From positions 320,001-384,000 of the forward strand of contig CAVVJT010000007.1 in NCBI GenBank assembly GCA_963748625.1: 64,000 nucleotides of DNA, in the 5' to 3' direction. Position numbers and translations under genes: made by a program. Positions 48,648 to 58,398 of this stretch are shown here, in pieces; the stretch's first letter is position 1; the number at the start of each line of letters is the position of its first letter. The notes under the pieces are model-generated. The model was not told where the DNA came from. It made no database searches and worked only from the letters and a program-made list of their open reading frames with translations. The DNA comes from an uncultured Chloroflexia bacterium. Its GTDB lineage: Bacteria; Chloroflexota; Limnocylindria; Limnocylindrales; CSP1-4.

Positions 48648-50576
48648 TCACTTCACGATGACGAGCGCGTCCACATCGATCCGTGGCTGCCCTGCGGTCC
48701 CGTTGGCCACGATCCGCAGGGTGTGCCTGTTGCTCGATGCGAACGACTTCGCGTAGACGAGGATCCGGCTGGCGGCCGGGTCGCTCAGGTTGACCGTCCC
48801 GACCTTCCTGCCGTCGAGGAAGAGCGTGGCCTTGCCACGGTTCCTCCCCTCGGGGGCGACCCAGGCGATGCCACGCCCGGTGAAGGTGATCGAAGCGGAC
48901 GCGCCTCGCGACGTGGTGGAGTGCAGGGTCGCTCCCGATGCCGACGCCGGCGCGGAGGTGGTCCAGGCACCCTTGTAGGTGACTTTCGCGCTGCGGTCGT
49001 CGACCAGCGAGACCGTGAGCGCCGGGCCGGTCTTCCAGGCCGACGTGTTGCCGGAGGCATCTGTGGCCTTGAGGCGGTAGCGGTGGCTCGCCGCGCCGGC
49101 GGCCAGGGTCGCGGTGCGGGAGTTGGCAGTCGGTGACGACAGCGTGACGCCCGCGTACGTGGTCCCTCCATCCGCGGAGCGCTCGAGCGTGAATGCGTCG
49201 ATGCCGGCGACGTTGTCCGTGCCGGACCAGGCGACCTTGACCGGGACGGCGGTGCCGGTGAGCTGCTGGCCGACGCGCAGGCTGACGACGGGCGTCGTGA
49301 CCACGGGCGCGGTGGTGTCAACGGTGACCCGGTTCGACAGCTCCGAGGACGGGCTCATCCCCGCATCGCTGATGGCGACCACGGAGAACCGGTACTTGCC
49401 ATCGGGAAGGCCCGTGACGACGCACATGCCCGCCGTGATCGGTCGCGGCGTGCATGCGTGCGAACCGGACTCCGACTGGGCGAGGTAGGTGAGGATCGGG
49501 CTGCCGCCATCCTGCGCCGGCGCCGTCCACAGCACCGTCGCCTGGCCGACGCCCGCGATGGCGGTGACGGCGGTCGGGGCATCGGGCGGGCACGCGAGGG
49601 TCGGAGCCGTCGCGGTTGCGCCCGCGATGCTGAGCTGGTCGAGGCGCCCGGCCCCGAACCCGAGGACGGCCTGCGGGGTGGACATCAGGAGGTAGTCGGT
49701 GCCACCGGCTGCCCACGGGATCGCGCCGATGTTCGCTGCCGCGGCGTCGCACCCGAGCTGCACGCTGGCGGTCCAGGCTGCGGCCCGGTCTGCCTCGGCG
49801 GTGTGGCCGAGGACGCGGTACGCCTGGCCGGCAGCGGCGGTGCTGCTGGAGTTCGCGGTGCCGAAGGAGGACAGGGAGCCGTCTGCCGCCTGCTGGGCCA
49901 GCAGCCAGGCGTCGGCCTTGCCGAGGGCGGTCGTCTCGCCGGCGGCCTGGAGGGCCTGGATGGCGATGGCGGTGCTGTCCGGATCCGGGGACCAGCTGGG
50001 GCAGCTGCCGTCGTACGAGTAGTCGCCGTCGGTGCACTGCCGGTCGGCAAGCCAGCCAACTGCCTCGTCGGGGATGCCGTTACCGGTCGCGGAAAGCGCG
50101 AGAATGCCGATCGCCTGCTCGAACACCTGCGCGCCGCCGATGTGGCCCTCGTCATCGCCGGTGCCGGCGACAAGGCTGCGAAGCTCGGCCTCGAGGTCGT
50201 GGCCACCGAAGGCGTGGATGTCACCTCCGCCGGCGGCGACCGCGAGCAGGACCTTGCCGAGGGCGCCGGCCTGACTCGTCCCAGGGGCGATGTACGAGTC
50301 GACCTTGGCCTCCAACTGGCCCAGCGCGGCCGTGGCGGCATCAGCCCCCACGCCTGCGGCCGCGAACGCGATGACCGCGTCCGCGAGGTTGCTCGCTGTG
50401 AGCTCTCCCGCGGCGACCTGCCCGGCCAGCCAGCCGGCGGCGGCCTGGCCCGGGTCGGCGGTCCTGGCCGGCAACGGTGTCGCGCCGACCGGCGTGGCGG
50501 CAAGCGGTGAGATGACCAGTACGCCCGTGAGCAGGATCGCCCGCCCGACGCGCACCCATGTCCGCGGAGTGCCCAA
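48648..50576 (-). CDS. Secreted prenyltransferase/squalene-oxidase-repeat (alpha/alpha barrel) protein with FN3 and a C-terminal beta module
   Basis: Signal peptide; [39 protein letters not shown] repeats; FN3 [15 protein letters not shown]. Confidence 0.8.
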   Translation of the reverse strand: MGTPRTWVRVGRAILLTGVLVISPLAATPVGATPLPARTADPGQAAAGWLAGQVAAGELTASNLADAVIAFAAAGVGADAATAALGQLEAKVDSYIAPGTSQAGALGKVLLAVAAGGGDIHAFGGHDLEAELRSLVAGTGDDEGHIGGAQVFEQAIGILALSATGNGIPDEAVGWLADRQCTDGDYSYDGSCPSWSPDPDSTAIAIQALQAAGETTALGKADAWLLAQQAADGSLSSFGTANSSSTAAAGQAYRVLGHTAEADRAAAWTASVQLGCDAAAANIGAIPWAAGGTDYLLMSTPQAVLGFGAGRLDQLSIAGATATAPTLACPPDAPTAVTAIAGVGQATVLWTAPAQDGGSPILTYLAQSESGSHACTPRPITAGMCVVTGLPDGKYRFSVVAISDAGMSPSSELSNRVTVDTTAPVVTTPVVSLRVGQQLTGTAVPVKVAWSGTDNVAGIDAFTLERSADGGTTYAGVTLSSPTANSRTATLAAGAASHRYRLKATDASGNTSAWKTGPALTVSLVDDRSAKVTYKGAWTTSAPASASGATLHSTTSRGASASITFTGRGIAWVAPEGRNRGKATLFLDGRKVGTVNLSDPAASRILVYAKSFASSNRHTLRIVANGTAGQPRIDVDALVIVK

Positions 50577-50699
50577 CGTCGTTCTCCTTGACGAGGGCCG
50601 CCGGAGTTGCGGTCGGGACCCGGGCCCGCCGAGTGGCCAAGGAAATCGCCCACCCGTCAGCCGACGAATGGGCGAGGTCAGTGGTTCAGTCTGCGTTCC

Positions 50700-50840
50700 G
50701 GACTCCGCCCGCTAACCTCGACGGGTGTGGAGTCGAGCCTCATCGGGCAGGCATTCCGGCTCGCCGTGGGATCACGGCATACGGTTGCGGGTCAGCGCCG
50801 GCGTCACACCGGCTTCCCCTGCCTGACAAGGCATTGTCGT
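50700..50840 (-). ncRNA. Cobalamin riboswitch (short form)
   Basis: Minus strand AGGGGAAGCCGGTGTGACGCCGGCGCTGACCCGCAACCGTA...GAGCCGGAATGCCTGCC matches the B12-element core; upstream of an ECF operon; TAGGCT -10 at 50851-50856. Confidence 0.9.
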
Positions 50841-50991
50841 TACGCGCCGAAGCCTACACCTCGACAGGGGCGCGCGCGACCCCTTCCGACGCGACGATCC
50901 GGCATAAGTGGCGCATAAGGCGGCCTGCCCACACTGGCCACCTCGCCCTCCTCCCGCCACTAGCCAACACCCGCCGGAGGAGGTCCATTCG

Positions 50992-52063
50992 ATGGAGCTC
51001 GATCGTTGTCGCCGTCTCGTCCCCCTCGCGGGACTCGCCCTTGCGGGCGCGCTGGCACTGGGTGGCTCGCCGCTGCTGGCGGCGGCCCCGCGACCGTGGG
51101 TGCCGGCAGCGTGCGGGGACGGCGGGGCGCCGCCGGGAGCAGGCAGCACGTGGTACCGGCTGGACCCGGTGCTCGACGGTGCCGGGTCCCTGGCGGGGAT
51201 GCGGCTGCAGGCCGGCGACGGGTTTGGACCGGTACGGGCGCTCGGGCTCCCCGCCGAGGCGTTCGCGAGCGGCCCGGTGCAGGGTCGGGTGATCGCCGGC
51301 GAGGACGACGGGTCGCGATCCCTGGTCCGGGCGCTGGACCCGGCACGGGGTTGCGCCACGGTGGTCGCGCAGGTGCGATGACGCGGTGGTCCGGAGCGCC
51401 GTGGCGAGCGCTGACGGGCGCGCGTTGTACGAGCACCGCGTGGACCGGCGGACGCGCGCGGACCTGGGCGTGTGGCGGCGCGAGCTGGTCGGCTGGAAGA
51501 CCGCGGGGCCGGGCAGACGTGTGCTCGATCCCCTGCCTGCAGATCCGCTCTACGGTCCCACGTTCACGACTGGACTCCTCGTGACCCAGGACGGCGCGAT
51601 CGTCGCGTCATCGTGCGGGGAGCGGACATGCCGCGTCCGGGTGCTGGCACGCGACGGGACGGTGCGGGTCATCGGGCCCACCGGACCGGCGGTGGGCGCC
51701 GCGGGGGACGTCGTGGTGGCGCGCGAGGCCTGCAGCGGCCTGCCCTGCCCAGTCGTCGCGCACCACGCGGACGGATCCAGGCGGGTCCTCTCGCCGGATG
51801 CGCGCCTCGCGGCCCTGGGTGGGGCCGGAGGGGCAACGCTCGTCATCGAAGGGGACGGAGGGCGCCTGCAGGCCGTCGACGTGCGATCCGGGGCGACCAC
51901 CGCCCTCGATGCGGTCGGGCTGCTCCCCGTGGAAGGAGGCTCCCTCGCGACCAGCGGCGCCGCTTCCGCACCTGGCGAGATCGTGCTCGCACCGGCCGGC
52001 CGGGCTTCCGGCTCGGCTGCCGTCCGCCGCATCCTGCCCGCCGCCAAGGAGGTGGCTCCGTGA
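50992..52063 (+). pseudogene. Secreted hypothetical (beta-propeller-like) protein, frameshifted near 51376
   Basis: GGAGGAGG SD and signal peptide; first frame stops at 51381 while coding signal continues as DDAVVRSAVAS in another frame. Confidence 0.7.
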
Positions 52064-53115
52064 TCCGCAGGCTCTCCACCACGACGCGTCTTGGGCGGGC
52101 AGTGGTGCTCGCGGCAGGCGTCCTCGCCGCCCTCCCGGCGGTGCTGGGCACGGTCTCGGCGCATTCGCCCGATCCCATGCTCGACGGTGGGCTGTACGCC
52201 CAGAACCAGGCACTCGACTATCGCTGGGCGAACGGCGGCACGCCGCCCTCGGCGATGAAGACAGCGATCAACGCGGCGGCCGACGACAGCAACGCGTCGC
52301 GCCGGAGCAAGGCGCCCGTCTTCGACTACGTGACAGGCGCGTCGAACACCATCTACTACGGCGTCGATGCCCAGTGCGGCGTGAACGGCCTCGCCTGCTT
52401 CAGCCGCAGCGCTCCCGACGGCTTCCGCATGTGGCTGCGCGAGAACGGCCATCGCTATGACTGGGGCACGCTGCGCTGGTGCGAGATGACGGGCGATCCG
52501 GACGGGTGTTACGAGGCAGAGACGATCACGCTCGACGAGTTCGGCCATGTCCTCGGGCTCAACCATCATGTGAACTTTGCCGACGACTCCGACTACGAGG
52601 ATGCCGTCGTCCAGACCTACTCCCGGACGAAGCCGCGCGCCGGCTGGAACGCCCACGTCTTCGGCCGATGTGACATCGCCGCGCTCCAGCAGGCGTATGA
52701 CGTGCTGGCCACGACCACGCTCTACTCGACCTGCCTGGACCTGCCGAGCGTGCTCACGCTCTCAGCGTCGAAGACCAGCGTCATCGAGGGTTCGGTCGTG
52801 ACGTTCACGGCGACCCTCAAGAGCGCCGGCACAGGACGCCTGTCCAACAACTTCGTCAGCGGCCGGACCGTGGTCCTGCAGCGCCGCGTGGCAGCGGGGT
52901 GGACGGACATGCAGGCGATGGCAACGGGATCCACGGGCACGTACACGACGCAGGTCGTGATGTGGAAGGACATGGAGCTGCGGGCCCTGTTCCGCAAGCC
53001 CGCGAACGAGGGGCTGCGGGCGGATGCGTCCGGCGCAGTGACGATCGGGGTGAGCGCGGCGTGCACGGACCTGCTGTGCCCGCTTGGCTCCGGGAGCACG
53101 GAGGTGGAGCAGTGA
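52060..53115 (+). CDS. Secreted metzincin/matrixin-like protein with a variant DExxH zinc motif and an Ig-like C-domain
   Basis: Signal peptide; ETITLDEFGHVLGLNHH; GTGA coupling at both ends. Confidence 0.75.
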   Translation: MIRRLSTTTRLGRAVVLAAGVLAALPAVLGTVSAHSPDPMLDGGLYAQNQALDYRWANGGTPPSAMKTAINAAADDSNASRRSKAPVFDYVTGASNTIYYGVDAQCGVNGLACFSRSAPDGFRMWLRENGHRYDWGTLRWCEMTGDPDGCYEAETITLDEFGHVLGLNHHVNFADDSDYEDAVVQTYSRTKPRAGWNAHVFGRCDIAALQQAYDVLATTTLYSTCLDLPSVLTLSASKTSVIEGSVVTFTATLKSAGTGRLSNNFVSGRTVVLQRRVAAGWTDMQAMATGSTGTYTTQVVMWKDMELRALFRKPANEGLRADASGAVTIGVSAACTDLLCPLGSGSTEVEQ

Positions 53116-53629
53116 GATGGGGTGTGACCATGCCGGCGCTCGTGCTGGCCGCGGTGCTGGCGACCGGGTGCGGAACGGGGCCGGAGAGCGCGACCGCGTC
53201 TCCGCCGGCAGCGGCGTCCGGTCCTTCAGGCGCGCCCACGCCGATCGCCGGTGAAGGTCCGCCAGCCGCGTTCCTGCATGGCTGCTGGCCTGGGTCGAGA
53301 AGGGCGCGCCCGGAGCCGAGGGCTCGTACACCTGGAACGGGCAGGGCTCGGACACACCGTGGATCGTCATGCCCGAGGCCGCGGCCCGCGGGCGCAGGTC
53401 CGTGGAGTGTGACCTTCGACCCGGGCTGCCCGTGGGCCAGTGGATGGCGCGCTGGGCGCCTGTGCGCGACGGAGATGCCGGCGATCCCGGAGGCAGGCGC
53501 CGCCGGGGCTGGCTCCCTCATCGTGGTGCCGGCGCCGTCCGCTCCGGGCACGTGGAGCCTGCAGTTGGAGGCGTCGTTCGGCCCGGCCGCGATGCGTCCT
53601 GGTACTGGACGGTGGACGTCCTGCCCTGA
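53112..53629 (+). pseudogene. Lipoprotein with about five apparent frameshifts
   Basis: Lipobox LATGC; plausible segments alternate between two frames (GSYTWNGQGSDTPW, PWSVTFDP, WMARWAP, PGTWSLQLEASF, ASWYWTVDV). Confidence 0.65.
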
Positions 53630-53724
53630 ACGCACGGATGCCGCCGGGACATCCCGGCGGCATCCGCTCTCTGGATCTCTGTCGCGACAGGTGTGACGCG
53701 GGCGGCCTCGGGCCCGCGGCGGTC

Positions 53725-54003
53725 TCAGGCGAGGGCGCCCACCGGCTGGGCGTCGAACATCGAGACCTGCGCCTCCTCGGGCAGCATCACGCCGAAGATC
53801 TTCTGGAGGGCCAGAAGGTGGACGCAGGAACCCCAGCTCTCGAAGTAGTGGCAGGTGCAGTGCCACTGGCCGGCATCGAGGCTGACGTGATGGGTGTCGT
53901 TGTCACCGCGGAACGTCAGGGCGACACGCTCGAGCGAGATGCGGTCCAGCTCACGAGCGTAGCGATTCGCCTTCTCGACCTTGCCGATGAGAGAGGAGTG
54001 CAT
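53725..54003 (-). CDS. Small SWIM zinc-finger protein (Chloroflexota-type)
   Basis: MHSSLIGKVEKANRYA...FRGDNDTH...CTCHYF..GSCVH; GGAGGT SD. Confidence 0.85.
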   Translation of the reverse strand: MHSSLIGKVEKANRYARELDRISLERVALTFRGDNDTHHVSLDAGQWHCTCHYFESWGSCVHLLALQKIFGVMLPEEAQVSMFDAQPVGALA

Positions 54004-54147
54004 CGCCGATCAACCTCCAGTCGCCCTGGTTTCGGGCGTCTACGAGGGCCGCCGTCCGGCTGGACCAGCGCGCCGGTGATGGCGGTCTTCACCACGAAGC
54101 CTACACCCGTCGGCGGCCGGCGGTCAGCCCCCAATCGGGCGCGTTCC

Positions 54148-54258
54148 GGCCCACGTGGGGGGCGTTTCGCCCCGGCCTGAGCACGGCCTGCGTCGAGAAC
54201 CTGGGCTTTCCTGCCCGGCCCACGCTCAGGTCGGGCCATTCTGGCCCCCACGTGGGGC
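54148..54258. repeat. Long imperfect inverted repeat (REP-like hairpin)
   Basis: ggcccacgtgggggc / gcccccacgtggggc arms, with inner cggcctgagc / gctcaggtcg arms. Confidence 0.6.
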
Positions 54259-54324
54259 GCCGGTGATCGGTGATCGGCGTGGGGAGCCGGTGACGGGCGT
54301 GGGACGTGGGACGCCGGCGATCGG

Positions 54325-55806
54325 TCAGGAACCGCGGACGATCTGCTCCCCGGTGACGACCAGCTCGTCACGCAGCTCCGGCGATGAGGCCTCGGTGTAG
54401 ACGCGGACCAGGGGCTCCGTCCCCGACGCCCGCACGAGCAGCCACGAGCCGTCGGCGAGGAACCACTTGAAGCCATCCTTGGTGGTCAGCACCTGCGTGC
54501 GGACGATCGCCTCGCCCGCGAGCGAGCCAGGCGGCGTGGCCGCGAGATCCACCAGCAGCCGCTTCTTGACCCCGTCGTACAGCGCGCGCTCCACGTGGAC
54601 GTCGATGCGCCGGTAGAACGACGGCCCGGCGAGCTCGTGGAACAGCTCCACCGCGCGCGAGACAGGCCAGTTGCCGCGCGCGCGCTCCTTGAGGAACAGG
54701 TCCAGCAGCATCAGGTCGGCGTAGATGCCGTCGCGCTCGGGGAGGTGCATCCCGAACCCGAATCCGCCGGACTCCTCGCCACCCATCATGGCGCCCGTCT
54801 CGATCATCCGTGGGGCGATGAACTTGAACCCGACCGGGACCTCGTGGATCTGGATGCCGTAGTGCGCGCCCAGGGTCGCCACGGTGGAGGTGTTGTTCAC
54901 CGAGACCACGACCGGCTCACGGAGACCGCGGTACTCGGCGAGGTAGTACATGAGCAGGCCCGTGACCTCCAGCTGGTGGATGAACACGCCACGCTCGTCG
55001 GCCGCGCCCGCGCGATCCGCGTCACCATCGAGCAGCAGCCCGATGTCGAACCCGCCCGCCGCGATCCGCGCGAGGGCCTCGTCCACGTGCGGCCGGATCG
55101 GCTCCGGGTTGACCCCGCCGAAGTAGGGGTTCCGCTCGCCGTGGATCTCGGTCACCCGGATGCGACCGCCCGCAAGGAGGCGCGGGATCCAGCCGGCACC
55201 TGAGCCATACAGCGGGTCGACCAGGACGGACACATCCGCCGCGCGCAGCTCGTCAAGGTCCAGGGTCCGCCGGACGTAGGCCTCATACCCGTCGAACGGG
55301 TCGAACCACTCGACCAGGCCTGCCGCCTCAGCGTCGGCGAACGGCCGGCGCTCGATCAGCGTGCCCCCGTTGGCGGCGATGCCGGCCTCGATCGTCTTGA
55401 GCATCTCGGCGCCGCCCGCCGCTCCCGTGGGCGCCTTGACCTTGAACCCGTTGTCGACCCACGGGTTGTGCGAGGCGGTGATCACCACGCCCGCCGCCGC
55501 CCCGCGCTGGACGACCTCGTACGAGCACATCTGGGTGGGGACCGCGGTCCGGCTGATCGCGATCGGGACGTCGTGGGCGAGCAGGACCTCCGCCGCTGCC
55601 TGGGCGAAGTGCTCCGACTGGAAGCGGCGGTCGTAGGCGATGACCACGCCTTTCGCCTGCTCACCTCGCTCCACCACGTAGCGGGCGACGCCATCGGCGC
55701 ACCTGCGCACGTTCTCGAAGGTGTAGTCCTCGGCGACCCGGGCCCGCCAGCCGTCGGTACCGAAGACGATCCGGGTCGGTGTGGGCACCACTGCCTCGTT
55801 GGTCAC
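54325..55806 (-). CDS. Phosphoglucomutase/phosphomannomutase family protein
   Basis: FGTDGWR, ITASHNP, DGDADR, VGFKFI, GGEESGG, RASGTEP. Confidence 0.95.
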   Translation of the reverse strand: MTNEAVVPTPTRIVFGTDGWRARVAEDYTFENVRRCADGVARYVVERGEQAKGVVIAYDRRFQSEHFAQAAAEVLLAHDVPIAISRTAVPTQMCSYEVVQRGAAAGVVITASHNPWVDNGFKVKAPTGAAGGAEMLKTIEAGIAANGGTLIERRPFADAEAAGLVEWFDPFDGYEAYVRRTLDLDELRAADVSVLVDPLYGSGAGWIPRLLAGGRIRVTEIHGERNPYFGGVNPEPIRPHVDEALARIAAGGFDIGLLLDGDADRAGAADERGVFIHQLEVTGLLMYYLAEYRGLREPVVVSVNNTSTVATLGAHYGIQIHEVPVGFKFIAPRMIETGAMMGGEESGGFGFGMHLPERDGIYADLMLLDLFLKERARGNWPVSRAVELFHELAGPSFYRRIDVHVERALYDGVKKRLLVDLAATPPGSLAGEAIVRTQVLTTKDGFKWFLADGSWLLVRASGTEPLVRVYTEASSPELRDELVVTGEQIVRGS

Positions 55807-56888
55807 TGGCGAGCCTCCGCTGCAGCACATCGGTCGAGCAGGGCCTGCACGACGTCGAACGCGTCACGCGCCCCGCGCAGGACGGCGACGGGACGATCGG
55901 GAACCATCCTACCCGCGGTGCCGTGGCGGACCGCCAGGGTCCCACCTTCGGACTGGACAAGCAGGTCGTCCTCGCCCAGGACCACGGACTGTCCCGGCTG
56001 CACGACGCCGCCGTCGGCCGGATGCCCGAGGGCATCGAGCAGGGCCGGCCACCCGCCGAGATCGCTCCAGCCCACGTCGAGCGCAGCCATCACGACCTGG
56101 CGGTCGCGAGCGGCACCCTCCATCACGGCGTGGTCGATGGAGAGCGGCTGGATCCGCTCGTAGGCCACGGCCAGTGCCGCCGCCGACACGAGGGCGGGCT
56201 CGAGCACCGTGGGCAGCATGGTGTATCGCTCGAGGGCCGCGCGGATCGCCCGACGGCGCCACAGGAACATGCCGGCGTTCCAGGCGACGCCCGCCGTTTC
56301 AAGCAGCTCCCGTGCCCGGCCCGCGACCGGCTTCTCCTCGAACGCGCGCAGCGGGTACGCCGAGAGCCCGAGGACCTGCTGCCCCTCATCCGCCCGGGGC
56401 ACGAGGTAGCCGTACTCGGTGGCTGCGTGCGTGGGGTGAACACCCAGCGTCACCAGCGGCGAGTCGATCCCGAAAGCACCCCCCGCAAGTCCGCTGGCCG
56501 CGTCGGCCAGAACGCGCCGGAAGTCGGCCTCGCGCTCGGGGTCGATGCGGTGGTCGGCCGGCAGGACGACCATCACGTCGTCGTCGTCGCGGTCGATGGC
56601 CAGCGCCGCGAGGGCGACGGCGGCTGCCGTGTTGCGCCCGGCCGGCTCCGAGATGACCCGCACGCCTTCGAGCTGCTCGCGGACGAGCGTGGCGTAGCGG
56701 CGATCGGTGACGACCGCGATCGAGGAGCGGTCCAGGCCACCGAGCTCCGGGCCCTCGACGAGGCGCCTGACCGTGGACTGGAGCAGCGTCTCATCGCCGG
56801 TGAGGGGCAGGAACGGCTTCGGCCGGTCTGGACGGGAGAGCGGCCAGAGGCGGGTTCCGCCTCCCCCCGCCATGATCACGACATACAT
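55803..56888 (-). CDS. manC: Mannose-1-phosphate guanylyltransferase
   Basis: IMAGGGGTRLWPLSRPDRPKPF, EPAGRNTAAA, LPADH, FEEKP, WNAGMF, GWSDLG; TAGAAT 7 nt upstream of ATG. Confidence 0.92.
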   Translation of the reverse strand: MYVVIMAGGGGTRLWPLSRPDRPKPFLPLTGDETLLQSTVRRLVEGPELGGLDRSSIAVVTDRRYATLVREQLEGVRVISEPAGRNTAAAVALAALAIDRDDDDVMVVLPADHRIDPEREADFRRVLADAASGLAGGAFGIDSPLVTLGVHPTHAATEYGYLVPRADEGQQVLGLSAYPLRAFEEKPVAGRARELLETAGVAWNAGMFLWRRRAIRAALERYTMLPTVLEPALVSAAALAVAYERIQPLSIDHAVMEGAARDRQVVMAALDVGWSDLGGWPALLDALGHPADGGVVQPGQSVVLGEDDLLVQSEGGTLAVRHGTAGRMVPDRPVAVLRGARDAFDVVQALLDRCAAAEARQ

Positions 56889-57034
56889 ACCCGTCATTCT
56901 ACGGGCCACACGCTACTGCCCCGAGGCCGTGACGACGTTGCGCCCAGCGGCACGCTCCGCGGCCCCAGGCGCGAGATTCGCAGCCCGATGAAGGGAACGC
57001 AACGAAGTTCGCATCGCGAGTGACGCATTTCGCG

Positions 57035-57063
57035 TTGACGCGGGCCGTTCGGCTCCCTACGAT
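57035..57063 (+). promoter_or_regulatory. sigma70-type promoter of the polyamine ABC operon
   Basis: TTGACG-17 bp-TACGAT. Confidence 0.7.
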
Positions 57064-57114
57064 GCGGCGACCGATGGCCCCGGGGATCCATCCCCCGAAG
57101 TCGAGGATGCCCGC

Positions 57115-58353
57115 TTGACCAACCCGGCGCAGTCCGACCCGTCCTCCACGTCCCACACGCACCTCCCCGAGGGCGCGGTCCCCGCCGAGCACCCCAATTC
57201 CCTGCGCCACCCGGGCGGCGTCCACCACGCCCACGACGTCAGGCCGGACGTGGAGATCAGCCGCGTCACCAAGCGCTTCGGGGACGTGATCGCGGTCGAT
57301 GAGATGACGCTCGCCGTCGAGGCGGGCTCCTTCTACTCGTTCCTCGGGCCGTCCGGCTGCGGCAAGACGACCACCCTGCGCATGATCGCGGGCTTCGAGC
57401 AGCCGACATCGGGCGAGATCTACCTCGCCGGCACCCCGGTCGCGGGCGTCCCGCCGTACCGCCGGAACGTCAACACCGTGTTCCAGCACTACGCGCTGTT
57501 CCCGCACATGGACGTCGCGCAGAACGTCGCCTACGGCCTCAAGCAGAAGAAGGTGTCCAAGGGCGACATCACGCGCCGCGTCGGCGAGGCGCTGGAGCTC
57601 GTCCGGCTCGGCGGCTATGAGCGGCGGCGCACCTGGGAGCTCTCGGGCGGCCAGCAGCAGCGCGTCGCCCTCGCCCGCGCCCTCGTCAACCATCCCACCG
57701 TGCTCCTCCTCGACGAGCCCCTCGGCGCCCTGGACCTCAAGCTGCGCAAGGAGATGCAGCTCGAGCTCAAGGCGCTCCAGCGGGAGGTCGGGATCACGTT
57801 CGTGTACGTGACCCACGACCAGGAGGAGGCCCTCACCATGAGCGACACCATCGTCGTCATGCACCACGGCCGCATCCAGCAGCAGGGCCAGCCGGCGGAC
57901 CTCTACGAGCGTCCGGTCAACCGGTTCGTCGCCAACTTCATCGGGGTGTCCAACCCCATCGATGGCAAGCTCCTCGAGCTCGATCCGGCCTCTGGCCGGG
58001 CCACCGTCGAGAGCGACCGCGGCATGCACCTGACCGGGATCGTGACGGATCCCGAGGCGCGGCCGACCCCCGGCACGCACGTCATCGTGGCCGTGCGCCC
58101 GGAACGCATGCGCGTGGAGCCCGCGGCTCACGCGGCGCCCACGGGGGAAGGCTGGAGCAGCATCGAGGGCCGTGTCCACCAGGGCACCTACCTCGGTGAC
58201 CAGACGGAGTTCCGCATCACCACGGACGCGGCCGGCGAGGTGGTGGTACGACGCCAGAACGCGGCAGGCGCGGCTGATCTCTCGGGCATCGGCCCGGGGG
58301 ATGCCGTCGTCGTCCGCTGGGAAGACTCGGCCAACCTGATCCTCGTCGCCTGA
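57115..58353 (+). CDS. potA: Polyamine ABC transporter ATP-binding protein
   Basis: GPSGCGKTT, VNTVFQHYALFPHM, LSGGQQQR, LDEPLGALDLKLR, TOBE domain. Confidence 0.9.
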   Translation: MTNPAQSDPSSTSHTHLPEGAVPAEHPNSLRHPGGVHHAHDVRPDVEISRVTKRFGDVIAVDEMTLAVEAGSFYSFLGPSGCGKTTTLRMIAGFEQPTSGEIYLAGTPVAGVPPYRRNVNTVFQHYALFPHMDVAQNVAYGLKQKKVSKGDITRRVGEALELVRLGGYERRRTWELSGGQQQRVALARALVNHPTVLLLDEPLGALDLKLRKEMQLELKALQREVGITFVYVTHDQEEALTMSDTIVVMHHGRIQQQGQPADLYERPVNRFVANFIGVSNPIDGKLLELDPASGRATVESDRGMHLTGIVTDPEARPTPGTHVIVAVRPERMRVEPAAHAAPTGEGWSSIEGRVHQGTYLGDQTEFRITTDAAGEVVVRRQNAAGAADLSGIGPGDAVVVRWEDSANLILVA

Positions 58354-58398
58354 CGAGGGCATCGCCCCATCGCCTATCTCTGGAGGAGGAGACGGACA

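Noticed and set aside
48648-50576. Squalene-hopene cyclase or prenyltransferase enzyme
   Set aside because: Secreted, single barrel, no DXDD catalytic motif, and under B12 riboswitch control
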